Of a stretch of DNA of 55,830 nt, positions 1-8,823 are shown piece by piece. Every line of letters begins with the position of its first letter. Within the stretch, counting starts at the first letter, position 1. Under the pieces are notes generated by a model. It made no database searches, was not told the DNA's origin, and was given only the letters and a program-made list of their open reading frames with translations. Source of the DNA: an uncultured archaeon (GTDB lineage Archaea; Hadarchaeota; Hadarchaeia; Hadarchaeales; WYZ-LMO6); contig CALJER010000009.1 in assembly GCA_938074535.1 (NCBI GenBank), positions 1 through 55,830 of the forward strand, read 5' to 3'. The translations under genes and the position numbers were made by a program.

Positions 1-1578
1 CTCCCATCCCACCCTTCCCAGAACCTCCGAGAGCCTCTCGCTGGAGGGCAGCCTCCCCTTCTCCTTCACCTCCTTCATCCAGAGGTCCAGCAGGGGCTTC
101 ACCGTGATGTCGAAGGCGCCCCCTGAGAGCCTGGAGTACTCGAGGGAGGAGAGCAGGAGGGAGAGGGTCTCCTCCGAGAGTCCCACCCAGGAAGTCCCGC
201 TGTGGTTCAGGAGGTAGATCTCCGCCCCCCTCTTCTCGGCGGACATGAGGCCCTCCACCCTCTTGATTTCCCTGTAAGCGGCTTCCACGGCCTTCTTCGC
301 CCTCGCCGTGTTCTCGTCCAACACCTGTATTTCCACGAACGTATCCATGGCCAGACCTTCCCCCACCACCCTGTCTCCCCTGACGTGGACGGTCAAGGGC
401 TGCACGGTCATGGAGCTCAGGAGGAGGGCGGTGAGGGCCGCCATTCCCAGGGTGGCTCCGGCCAGCTTCCTGCTTTCCCCTCCCAGCCTGGGAAGGAGGA
501 GGAGGGAGGAGGAGAGCAAGAGCTGGGAGAGGAGGAAGCCCCAGGCCATCCCCACCACCCCGAACCCCCTTCCCAGTACCACGATCCCTGCGAGTCCCAC
601 GGCCAGTGAGGAGGAATAGGAGAGGAGGACGGAGGAGGTTTCCTGCCTGGAGTAGAGGCGGGAGAGTTCGATCTGGGCGAGCACGGCGAGGGGGAGGGAG
701 AGGCTCATCACGCGCAGAACCTTTGCTCCCTCCCCGAAGCCAGGGAAGAAGGAGGGAAGGAACAGGGAGAGGAGGAGGGCGGAGAGGAGGAGGGGGAAGG
801 AGAGGAGGAGGGCCTTCTTTTCCGTTCTACCCACCCTCGTTCCCGCAGCCCTCTCCGGAAGGAGGTAGAAGAAGAGGATCTGGGGAAAGGAGGCGAAGAG
901 GAGGAAGAACCTGTTCCCGAACTGGTACATGCCCAGGTCCTCCCTCCCGAAGAGGGGTCCTATGACCACCTTGTCGAGGAGGTTGAAGGAAGCCGCTCCC
1001 AGGTCCACCGTCCACAGGCCCACCAGGAAGGCGGTGGGGGGAAAGGAGGGCTTTCCCCTCTTCACCCTGAGGAGGGGGAGGGAGAAGGGGAGGTAGGAGA
1101 GGGAGAGCCCCAGCAGGAGCCACCTCACCTCCCCCAGCCTGAGGTAGAGGAGGAAGGGGAGGAGGAGGGTGAGGGTCCTGGCCCCCGTCCAGAGCAGGAG
1201 GTACCCGAGGTAGGAGCGCCTGGAAAGCTCGAAGTGGAAGCTCAGGGAGAAGAGGGAGAAGGAGAGGAGGAGGAGGCCCGTCCACGGGTCCAGGAGGAGG
1301 GAGAGGAGGCCCCCCATGACGAGGGCGGGCAGGAGACCCAGAAGGAGGCAGCCCTCCAGCACCCCTTCCCCCTTCTTGGGATAGAGGACCAGGGAGGCCT
1401 TCCCCGCCCCCAGCAGGGAGATCCCCGAAAGGAGCATGGCCAGCGATACCTTCCAAGCCACCTCCCCATAGGCGAGGGGATGGAGGAGGAGGGCCAGCAG
1501 GATCCAGAAGAAGAAGCCGGAAAGAACGGCGAAGAGCTGTGCCGCTGCCACGTGGAGTACGCCACCTTTGGCCCCCAT
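1..1578 (-). CDS. apbE: Fusion protein, 3'-partial: N-terminal Wzx/MOP-superfamily flippase-like membrane domain + C-terminal ApbE FAD:protein FMN transferase
   Basis: Hand-translated; no stop codon in frame from ATG 1578 to base 1. N-term MGAKGGVLHVAAAQLFAVLSGFFFWILLA...AYGEVA and LLDKVVIGPLFGREDLGMYQFG are flippase-like. From ~370: GEGLAMDTFVEIQV...EIKRVEGLMS...EIYLLN...SGGAFDITVKPLLDLW (ApbE N-terminal motifs). Confidence 0.85.
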   Translation of the reverse strand, partial: MGAKGGVLHVAAAQLFAVLSGFFFWILLALLLHPLAYGEVAWKVSLAMLLSGISLLGAGKASLVLYPKKGEGVLEGCLLLGLLPALVMGGLLSLLLDPWTGLLLLSFSLFSLSFHFELSRRSYLGYLLLWTGARTLTLLLPFLLYLRLGEVRWLLLGLSLSYLPFSLPLLRVKRGKPSFPPTAFLVGLWTVDLGAASFNLLDKVVIGPLFGREDLGMYQFGNRFFLLFASFPQILFFYLLPERAAGTRVGRTEKKALLLSFPLLLSALLLSLFLPSFFPGFGEGAKVLRVMSLSLPLAVLAQIELSRLYSRQETSSVLLSYSSSLAVGLAGIVVLGRGFGVVGMAWGFLLSQLLLSSSLLLLPRLGGESRKLAGATLGMAALTALLLSSMTVQPLTVHVRGDRVVGEGLAMDTFVEIQVLDENTARAKKAVEAAYREIKRVEGLMSAEKRGAEIYLLNHSGTSWVGLSEETLSLLLSSLEYSRLSGGAFDITVKPLLDLWMKEVKEKGRLPSSERLSEVLGRVGWE

Positions 1579-1602
1579 TCCCAGTCCCTCCCTTCAGGAG
1601 GC

Positions 1603-1609
1603 TATATAT
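1603..1609. promoter_or_regulatory. TATA box, probably for the flippase-apbE gene
   Basis: TATATAT about 25 nt upstream of ATG 1578 in otherwise GC-rich DNA. Confidence 0.55.
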
Positions 1610-1813
1610 GGCTCTGGATGGCATCTTCGGGAAGGCTGCTTCCGTCTTCTGGTGTGTGGGGTGAAGGCGGTGCGGAGCTCGGGTGGAGTACCCCACCGGG
1701 GGCGCTTCTACCTCTGCCGAGACCGGTGGCGGTCGGGCTGAACTGGTGGGGACCCTCCCCCGGCCTTCCGCGCTGTGCCGGCGGTGGGGATAAAAGGACT
1801 CCGGGGTAGGTGG

Positions 1814-2392
1814 ATGATGCTCGAGGAAGCTGGAAAGATTTTCTTGGCCCTCTTCGTGATCATGGACCCGTTCGCCAGCATCCCGATCTTCCTCCTGGTC
1901 ACCAAGGGGCTGGAGGGGAAGAAGGTGGACCGGGCGGCCGGCTACGCGGTGGGCGTGGCTGCCCTAGTCCTCTTTTTCTTCCTCTTCCTGGGGGAGCCCC
2001 TCTTCCGCCTCCTGGGAATTGAGTTCTCCTCCCTGAGGATCGGGGGAGGATTGGTGCTCGGGGTGCTGGGGATGGAGCTGGTGCTGGGCAGGAGCCTCCT
2101 GAGGAAGGAAAAGAAGGGCTCTCCCGCCCTCTCCCTGATAGGTACCCCCATGCTCACGGGTCCCGGGGTCATCGTCTCCACCATGATCTTCGTGAAGAGC
2201 TACGGGTACCTTCCCGTGGTTCTGGCCTCCTTCCCCCTCCTGGCTTCGAGCTGGGTGGTGCTCAGGCTCTCCTCCTTCTTCAGCAGGGTGCTGGGGAGGG
2301 AGGGGGTGGAGATCCTTTCGAGGGTGATGGGTCTCCTCCTGGTGACGATAGCCGTGGACCTGGTCATGGGGGGAATAGAGGCGGCCCTCTGA
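1814..2392 (+). CDS. MarC family membrane protein
   Basis: FLALFVIMDPFASIPIF, IGGGLVL, PMLTGPG, SRVMGLLLVTIAV; about 6 TM segments. Confidence 0.9.
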   Translation: MMLEEAGKIFLALFVIMDPFASIPIFLLVTKGLEGKKVDRAAGYAVGVAALVLFFFLFLGEPLFRLLGIEFSSLRIGGGLVLGVLGMELVLGRSLLRKEKKGSPALSLIGTPMLTGPGVIVSTMIFVKSYGYLPVVLASFPLLASSWVVLRLSSFFSRVLGREGVEILSRVMGLLLVTIAVDLVMGGIEAAL

Positions 2393-2548
2393 GCGCAGCC
2401 TTCTGGCGGAGAGGTTTTTGAGCCGCGGCCGGTCCTCCTTTCCCGTTCGGCATGGTCCCCATGCCCGCGGGTCTCTGGACGCCCTTCACTGGGTGCAGGT
2501 GCCTCCGCCGCAGCCGGGGGAAAGGGGACCAAGGCGGGGGGAGAAAGT

Positions 2549-3211
2549 TCAGGGGCGGCCAAGCTTGGAGAGGTCCATCACCTCCCCTCCCTTCCTCCTC
2601 AGGAGTTCAGCGGGCAGATCCCACACCGCCCTCGCTCTCTCCACGATTACCCTGTCGCTGGAGGCCGAGACCTCGCAGGAGCTCACCTCCCTGTCCACCC
2701 CCTTCACCGCCCTGCACTTCGCCCTCACCCCGTACTTCTCCAGGATTTTGCCAGTCTCCCTGGCGAGTTCCCCGCTCCCGCTCGCCGGGCTATCGAAGAA
2801 AACCCTCACCTCCCCCGGCCCCGCCTCCCGGAGGAGAAGGGCCACCTCCTCCAGGGCCCCCCAGGTGTGCTCCCCCACCCTGTACTTCCCGAAGACCGTC
2901 CTCAGATCCCTGAGGAGACCGTCGTCGCACCTTATCACGGTATGCCCGAGCAGGAGGCTCTCGCACGTGATGATCACGTTGTACCCGTCCACCCCCAGGG
3001 TCCTTCCCCTGACCTCCCTCCAGGAGACCAGCTTCCCCCTGTTCCTCTCCGCCTCTTCCCTGGAGAAGACGCAGCGGGTGAGGAGGTGCCGCTCCCGGGA
3101 GGGAAGGCAGTAGTGGTCTGAGACCACCCTCACCGCCGTCTCCCTCGGATATCCCCTGTCCAGGAGGTACCGGAGGTCCCTGACGGCATCCTCCGTTTTC
3201 TCACTCCACAT
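2549..3211 (-). CDS. DUF434 domain protein (PIN/NYN-like fold)
   Basis: DLRYLLDRGYP N-terminus, VDGYNV, DDGLLRDL, SGEL; overlaps the leuS stop. Confidence 0.85.
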   Translation of the reverse strand: MWSEKTEDAVRDLRYLLDRGYPRETAVRVVSDHYCLPSRERHLLTRCVFSREEAERNRGKLVSWREVRGRTLGVDGYNVIITCESLLLGHTVIRCDDGLLRDLRTVFGKYRVGEHTWGALEEVALLLREAGPGEVRVFFDSPASGSGELARETGKILEKYGVRAKCRAVKGVDREVSSCEVSASSDRVIVERARAVWDLPAELLRRKGGEVMDLSKLGRP

Positions 3212-6059
3212 AGATGGCGGGCCTGAGGGGGAGGGCCCCCTTGCCCCTCCCCTTCGGGTCGTAGATCCCTGAATCGTCCTCCCGGAAGACCCTCACCTCT
3301 GCCCCCAGCTGCTTCTCCAGGTAGGAGGAATTTTCTCTCAGGATCGAGTACTCGTCCACTCCTTCGGAGAGGAGGACCAGCCTCTCTTCGGACAGGTCCC
3401 TGGCCCCCTCCAGCACCTTCGCCAGGAAAGGCGCCAGCTCGGTTTTGGGCTTTCCCAGCGTCCCCTCCAGGTGCCTGAGGAGCTCACCCCTGTCCTTCCT
3501 GCCCAGCGAGAGCAGCTTCAGGATCTCCCTGTGGGCCTCCCTCTTCCAGGCGGAGGGGGTGTAGAGGCAGACGAGCCTGGGCTTCACCTTCACCACCTTC
3601 GCGATTTTTCCCACATCCTCCAGCACGGAGGAGAGGAACTCCTCCGTGAGCTCGGCCTGGGGATCCTTCAGCCCCTCCTCCACCTCGGGCCAGGGGGCCA
3701 GGGAGACGAAGCCCTCCCCACCCATCCTGCTCCAGAGCTCCTCGCACAGGTGCGGGATGAAGGGGGCGAGCAGACGGACCCAGACATGGAGCACCTTCTT
3801 CACCACCTCCCCCCTCACCTCCTCCCCCCTCCAGGAAAGGTACTTCCTCACGTCCTGCTGGAGGAAGAAGAAGGAGTGCTGCAGGGCCCTCCTCGTCTCG
3901 AACCTCTCCATGGCCTGCGTGGCCTCTTCCACCCTCCTCTGGAGCCTGCTCAGGAGCCATCTCTCCGGAAGGCCGGGGGGGAGCCCCGAGGGGGGAAGGG
4001 AGAGGAGCTCCTCGCACAGGGAGTAGAACCTCTCCAGCGCCCTCACCATTCCCTCCGCCTCGACCTTCCTCCAGTTGAAGTCCTGCCAGGGCTCGGAGGA
4101 GGACATGAGGTAAAGTCTCACGGCATCGGCCCCGTACTCCTGCAAGGCTTTGTTCACCTCCACCAGGTTCCCCTTTGAGGAGGACATCTTCTGGCCCTCC
4201 AGAACCGCTATCCCGAAGCAGACGATTCCCCTGGGGAGGCGGTGGGGGAAGAGGAGCGCGTGGTGGAAGACGAAGAAGGTGAGGTGGTTGGGGATGAGTT
4301 CGCTGGCCGACATGCGGTAGTCCAGGGGGTACCAGTACTCGAACTCCTCCCTCAGGCGCCGCAGCGTGGGAAGGGGGATCCCCGAGGAGCGGGAGAGGGC
4401 TTCCGGATCTCCCCTGCCGTAGAAGACGAAGTCGAAGACCTCGTCCCCTATCTTCTCGGGATCCAGCTGCTTGAGGAGGTGTGAGAGGGGATAGTAGGCC
4501 ATGTAGACGGTGGAGTCGCTCAGCGATTCTATGATCCAGCTGGGGTCCCAGGGGGCCTTCGTGCCCATCCCCACCTTCCTGGTGCAGGGCCATTCACGGA
4601 GCCAGCTGATGGTGTGCTCGTACTGGGCCCTGGTCTCCGGCGGGATGAGCTCCATCCTCCCCAGGACTTCCCTGGTTTTTTCCTTCCAGCCCTCGTCCGC
4701 GTAGTTCAGGAACCACTGGTCCTCCACCACCTTTATCACCACGGGCGACCCGCACCTGCACCTCACGGGCTTGAGGGAGAACTCGTACATGAGGGCCGCC
4801 TCGCCCCTGGAGAGGAGGTCCTGCTTCACCAGGTTCTTGGCCTCGGAAACGGCCCTGCCGCCGTAGAAGGGTATCCACTCCCTCATCCTCCCCTTCGCGA
4901 ACTCCGCCCTGTAGACCCTGGAGGTGGCCTCCTCCAGTCTGGGGTCGAGCTGCCCTTTTATCCCCAGCCTCTGTACCTCGTCGGCCGCGGGGAACTCCCC
5001 GTATCCCTCCACCTCGATCAGGGAGAGCGGCCGGAGCCTCTCCTCCTCCACTCCGAGTCGCCTCAGCTCTTCAGGTCTCTTCTTGAGCTCCTCCAGCGCC
5101 ACGAGGTCGTAGGGGGCGTGGGAGGGGACGGAGCCCACCACCCCGGTGGCGTTGTCTGGATCCACGAAGTCGGCGGGAAGGATGGGCACCTTCTTCTTCG
5201 TGAGGGGGACCTCCACCTCCGAGCCGAACCTCACCTGGAAGGGTCTGGCCTCCCCCACCCTGTAGCCCTGCTCCGCCAGCTTGGGCACGGCCTGCTCGCT
5301 CACCACCCATCTCTCCCCGTCCACCTCCACCTCCACATAGTTGGCCTTGGGGTTGAGCCAGAGGTTGGTGACACCGAAGACGGTCTCGGGCCTGAGCGTG
5401 GCGGCGGGCAGGACCTTCCCGCCCGCCCGGTACTTCAGAAGGGTGAACTCCAGCACCTCTGCCTCCTCCCCCTCCAGCAGGTCGTGGTCCGTGACGGGGT
5501 TGCCGTCCCTCGGGCACCACCTCACCGGATGCTTCCCCCTCACGATGAGCCCGGCCTCCATGAGTTTGTGGTACTGCCAGGTCACGAACTTGCTGTAGGG
5601 CGGATCCACGGTGGTGAAATCCCTCCTCCAGTCTATGGAGAGGCCCAGCCACTTCATCCCCTTCTTGTAGCTGAGGTCGCTGATTTCGGCGAAGTAGGTC
5701 CCGAAGTACTTGGGGTCCTCCATCTTGGGCAGGAGGTCCTTGGGGACGCCGTACCGTCCGAGGAGGAGCTCCACGTAAGCCTGCTCCCTCCTGGCCACCC
5801 TCCTGGAGGCTCCCACGATGGGAGTTCCCGTGAAGTGGAAGGCCATGGGGAAGAGGACGTTGTAGCCCCTCATGCGCTTGTACCTGGCTATCACGTCCGG
5901 GATGGTGTAGGTGCGGGCGTGGCCTATGTGCATGGGGCCGGAAACGTACGGATAGGCCACGGTGAGGTAGAACTTGGGTCTCCCGTCGGGCTCCGCCTGA
6001 AAGATCCCCGCCCTCTCCCACTTCTCCTGCCACTTCCTCTCCAGCTCCTTGAAGTCCAT
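3201..6059 (-). CDS. leuS: Leucine--tRNA ligase, archaeal type
   Basis: AYPYVSGPMHIGH (HIGH), ATLRPET, editing-domain GVVGSVPSHAPYD, KMSSSKGN; 952 aa. Confidence 0.97.
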   Translation of the reverse strand: MDFKELERKWQEKWERAGIFQAEPDGRPKFYLTVAYPYVSGPMHIGHARTYTIPDVIARYKRMRGYNVLFPMAFHFTGTPIVGASRRVARREQAYVELLLGRYGVPKDLLPKMEDPKYFGTYFAEISDLSYKKGMKWLGLSIDWRRDFTTVDPPYSKFVTWQYHKLMEAGLIVRGKHPVRWCPRDGNPVTDHDLLEGEEAEVLEFTLLKYRAGGKVLPAATLRPETVFGVTNLWLNPKANYVEVEVDGERWVVSEQAVPKLAEQGYRVGEARPFQVRFGSEVEVPLTKKKVPILPADFVDPDNATGVVGSVPSHAPYDLVALEELKKRPEELRRLGVEEERLRPLSLIEVEGYGEFPAADEVQRLGIKGQLDPRLEEATSRVYRAEFAKGRMREWIPFYGGRAVSEAKNLVKQDLLSRGEAALMYEFSLKPVRCRCGSPVVIKVVEDQWFLNYADEGWKEKTREVLGRMELIPPETRAQYEHTISWLREWPCTRKVGMGTKAPWDPSWIIESLSDSTVYMAYYPLSHLLKQLDPEKIGDEVFDFVFYGRGDPEALSRSSGIPLPTLRRLREEFEYWYPLDYRMSASELIPNHLTFFVFHHALLFPHRLPRGIVCFGIAVLEGQKMSSSKGNLVEVNKALQEYGADAVRLYLMSSSEPWQDFNWRKVEAEGMVRALERFYSLCEELLSLPPSGLPPGLPERWLLSRLQRRVEEATQAMERFETRRALQHSFFFLQQDVRKYLSWRGEEVRGEVVKKVLHVWVRLLAPFIPHLCEELWSRMGGEGFVSLAPWPEVEEGLKDPQAELTEEFLSSVLEDVGKIAKVVKVKPRLVCLYTPSAWKREAHREILKLLSLGRKDRGELLRHLEGTLGKPKTELAPFLAKVLEGARDLSEERLVLLSEGVDEYSILRENSSYLEKQLGAEVRVFREDDSGIYDPKGRGKGALPLRPAIYVE

Positions 6060-6060
6060 C

Positions 6061-8793
6061 TCATCCCTCCAGGCACTTCCTGAGGCTCTCGAACGCCCTT
6101 TCCATGGCCTCTCTTAACCCCTCGGTCCTCGGTCCCCCGCCCTGTCCGAAGTTCTTTCTGCCCCCCCCTCCCCCTCCCAGGGCCTTTGCTGCCAGGGAGG
6201 CCACCGCGCCGCAGTCCACCCCCCTCCCCACCGCCTTCTCCCCTGCCGCCAGCACCAGGCTGGCCACCCTGCCAGCGCTTCCCAGGATGACCACCGTGTT
6301 GGGGTCCCTGCTCATTTCCTCGGCCAGCTTTATCATCTCCTCCGTCCCCGCCCCCTCCATCTCTTCCCTTATCACCAGGAACTCCCCCACCCTCGTTCCC
6401 CTCTCCCTCATGGCCGGAGAGGCCAGGCTCGCCAGCTTCTTCCTCAGGGCTTCCACCTCCTTCTGCAGGAGCTTCCTCTCCTCCACCAGCTTCACCACCG
6501 CCTGCTCCAGGCCTTCCTCCTGCACCCCCAGGAGGGAGCCCAGCCTCTCCCTCTCCTCCTCCCTCTTCCTGATTTCCTCCAGCGCAGCCTTCCCCGCCAC
6601 GAACTCCAGCCTCTCCACCCCGTCCTGGATGCGCTCCGTGCGGAGGATCTTCAGCATCCCTATCTCCCCCGTGCTCCCGCAGTGGGTGCCGGCGCAGGCC
6701 TGGGTGTTCCATCCCGCCACCTCCACCACCCTCAGCTTCTTTCCTGGAACCACCCCCCCCTGGTAGAGCGCGAAGCCGTACTTCCTCTCCGCCTCGTTCC
6801 TGTCCATGAAGCTGGTGCGGATGGGGAGATTGGCCAGGATGACCTCGTTCGCCCTTCTCTCCATCTCCGCCACTTCGTGGGGCTCCAGCCTTTTGAAGTG
6901 GGTGATGTCCAGCCTGGACCACCCCGGGTACTTCTGGGCACCGTGCTGCCAGACGTGGTCCCCCAGCACCCTCTTGGCGGCCTCCAGGAGCACGTGGGTG
7001 GCGGAGTGGTGGCGCATGAGGGAGCTCCTCCTCTCCCAGTCCAGTTTCCCGGTCACCTCGTCCCCCGGTTTGAAGGGATTGCTGGCCAGACGGTGGAGTA
7101 CTGCTTCCCCCACCTTCTCCACCTCCACCACCTCGGCCCTCTTCCCTTCCCCTTCGAGGATGCCGGCATCACCCTCCTGCCCTCCCCCCTCAGGATAGAA
7201 GGCGGTGCGGTCCAGCACCACCTCGTTTCCCCTGCTCAGCACCACCCTTGCCCTGAACTCCTTCAGGTAGGGGTTTTCGTAGAAAAGGAGTCTGGTGCGC
7301 GGCAGCCTCTCCTCCTTCCTCCCCTCCTCCGCTTCCGCCTTCACACCCGAGGCGTGCCTCTCCGCCACCTTGATGTAGAAGTCCTCCGGGACCTCCACCT
7401 CCACTCCCATCTCCTTCCCCACCTCCCTCACGAGCTCCGGTGGCAGGCCGTGGCTGTCGTAGAACTCGAAGAGCTTCTCCTGGGGGAGGGAGGAGGCCTG
7501 CGATTTGAGGGAGAGGAGGGTCCTTTCCACCAGCCTCCTCCCCCTGGCCATGGCCTCGGCGTACCTCCGCTCCTCCAGCTCCACCACCTTCAGGATGTAT
7601 TCCCTCCTCCTCTCCAGCTCGGGGTGGGAGAGGAAGTCCAGCTCCATGCTCATGAGCTCGGAGAGGGAGAGCTTGAGCCCCGCTTCCCTGAGGAGTCGGA
7701 GGGTTCTCCTCAGCACCAGCCTGGCGAGGTAGCCCTCCCTGGTGTTGCTGGGCGTGATCCCATCACCCAGCATGAAGGCCAGGCACCGCAGGTGGTCGGC
7801 TATCGCGTACAGGGCTTCCAGGGGAACCATCCAGCGGTCCAGCTGCTCCCTGCTCCATCCGGAGCGCTCCGCCACCCTCTCCCTGAGCAGCGCCAGGTCC
7901 CTTCCGCTCTCCACGTCGATAAGGCCCGCTGTCCTGGAGTGGAGCTCCAGGAGCTCCTCGGGGGGCCTCTCCAGGCCGGCCTCCTTCTCCAGGCTGCGCA
8001 GGAGGGGTCCGAAGACCGCCTCGTACACGGAGGTGCTCCCCTGGGAGATCCAGGAAATCCTCTCCAGCCCGTATCCCGTGTCCACGATCTGGAGGGGAAG
8101 CTTCCTGTACTCCTTTCCCACCACCTCGTACCTCATGAAAACCAGGGTGGCCAGCTCCAGCCCCCTGGCGTTCACCTCGAAGTCCTCTCCCGCGTTTCCT
8201 CCTCCCTCCCAGAAGTCCTCCACGTAGTTGAGCTCCTCCCCCCTTATCCCCAGCTCCTTCGTAAAGAACTCGTGGCAGAGCTCCACCGTCCTGTCCTTCC
8301 AGTAGATCCTCTCCCTCCTGGAGTTGAAGGCGTGGTGCCCGCCCATGTGGAAAAGGGTGAGGTGCCTCCCCGACCTGCCCACGTTGTCTATGTCGTTCAG
8401 GCGGATGCTGGGCTGGCTGACCACCAGCGGGTTGGCCGGCGGGGGCACCTGCCCGCTGGTGACCCAGGGCTGGAAGTTGGCTATGGAGGCGATGGTGAGG
8501 AAGATGTCGTCCCTCCACCTGGCCACCACCGGGTACCTCCCGATTACCTCGTGCCCTCTCCTCTCGAAGAAGCTGAGGAAGGATCTTTCCACCTCCTTCA
8601 AGCTGAGCCTTTTTCGGGTGGGGGGTCTGCCTATGAAGGAGTACTCGTCGCACGGCGTGTCGCCGCAGGTCCTCCTGTCGGGGTGGAGGGTCCAGAACCA
8701 CCTCCCGCACCCTTCGCACCTCCTCCTTTCGAAGCCCTCCTCCCTGAAGAGCCTCACCCGGTGGAGGCTCCCTCCCTTCCCAGAATCGAGCAT
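6061..8793 (-). CDS. alaS: Alanine--tRNA ligase, archaeal type
   Basis: N-terminal CxxC..FWT, RWRDD, DTGYGLER, editing HSATH...CAGTH, C-Ala GGGGG. Confidence 0.97.
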   Translation of the reverse strand: MLDSGKGGSLHRVRLFREEGFERRRCEGCGRWFWTLHPDRRTCGDTPCDEYSFIGRPPTRKRLSLKEVERSFLSFFERRGHEVIGRYPVVARWRDDIFLTIASIANFQPWVTSGQVPPPANPLVVSQPSIRLNDIDNVGRSGRHLTLFHMGGHHAFNSRRERIYWKDRTVELCHEFFTKELGIRGEELNYVEDFWEGGGNAGEDFEVNARGLELATLVFMRYEVVGKEYRKLPLQIVDTGYGLERISWISQGSTSVYEAVFGPLLRSLEKEAGLERPPEELLELHSRTAGLIDVESGRDLALLRERVAERSGWSREQLDRWMVPLEALYAIADHLRCLAFMLGDGITPSNTREGYLARLVLRRTLRLLREAGLKLSLSELMSMELDFLSHPELERRREYILKVVELEERRYAEAMARGRRLVERTLLSLKSQASSLPQEKLFEFYDSHGLPPELVREVGKEMGVEVEVPEDFYIKVAERHASGVKAEAEEGRKEERLPRTRLLFYENPYLKEFRARVVLSRGNEVVLDRTAFYPEGGGQEGDAGILEGEGKRAEVVEVEKVGEAVLHRLASNPFKPGDEVTGKLDWERRSSLMRHHSATHVLLEAAKRVLGDHVWQHGAQKYPGWSRLDITHFKRLEPHEVAEMERRANEVILANLPIRTSFMDRNEAERKYGFALYQGGVVPGKKLRVVEVAGWNTQACAGTHCGSTGEIGMLKILRTERIQDGVERLEFVAGKAALEEIRKREEERERLGSLLGVQEEGLEQAVVKLVEERKLLQKEVEALRKKLASLASPAMRERGTRVGEFLVIREEMEGAGTEEMIKLAEEMSRDPNTVVILGSAGRVASLVLAAGEKAVGRGVDCGAVASLAAKALGGGGGGRKNFGQGGGPRTEGLREAMERAFESLRKCLEG

Positions 8794-8823
8794 CCCAGAA
8801 TTCTCCCCCTCTCGGGGTTAAAA

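Noticed and set aside
827-1696. 289-aa minus-strand ORF and other ORF-track calls in 202-1809
   Set aside because: Pro/Gly-rich off-frame translations; the real gene is the frame starting at ATG 1578.
2445-2530. HDV-like ribozyme (CGGCATGGTCCC matches the start of the HDV genomic ribozyme; 3' GGGGACC could form P2)
   Set aside because: No short P3/L3, no P1.1 and no catalytic C before the P2 3' strand, so the topology does not fit.
4170-4200. KMSSS instead of KMSKS in LeuRS
   Set aside because: Common variant in archaeal LeuRS.
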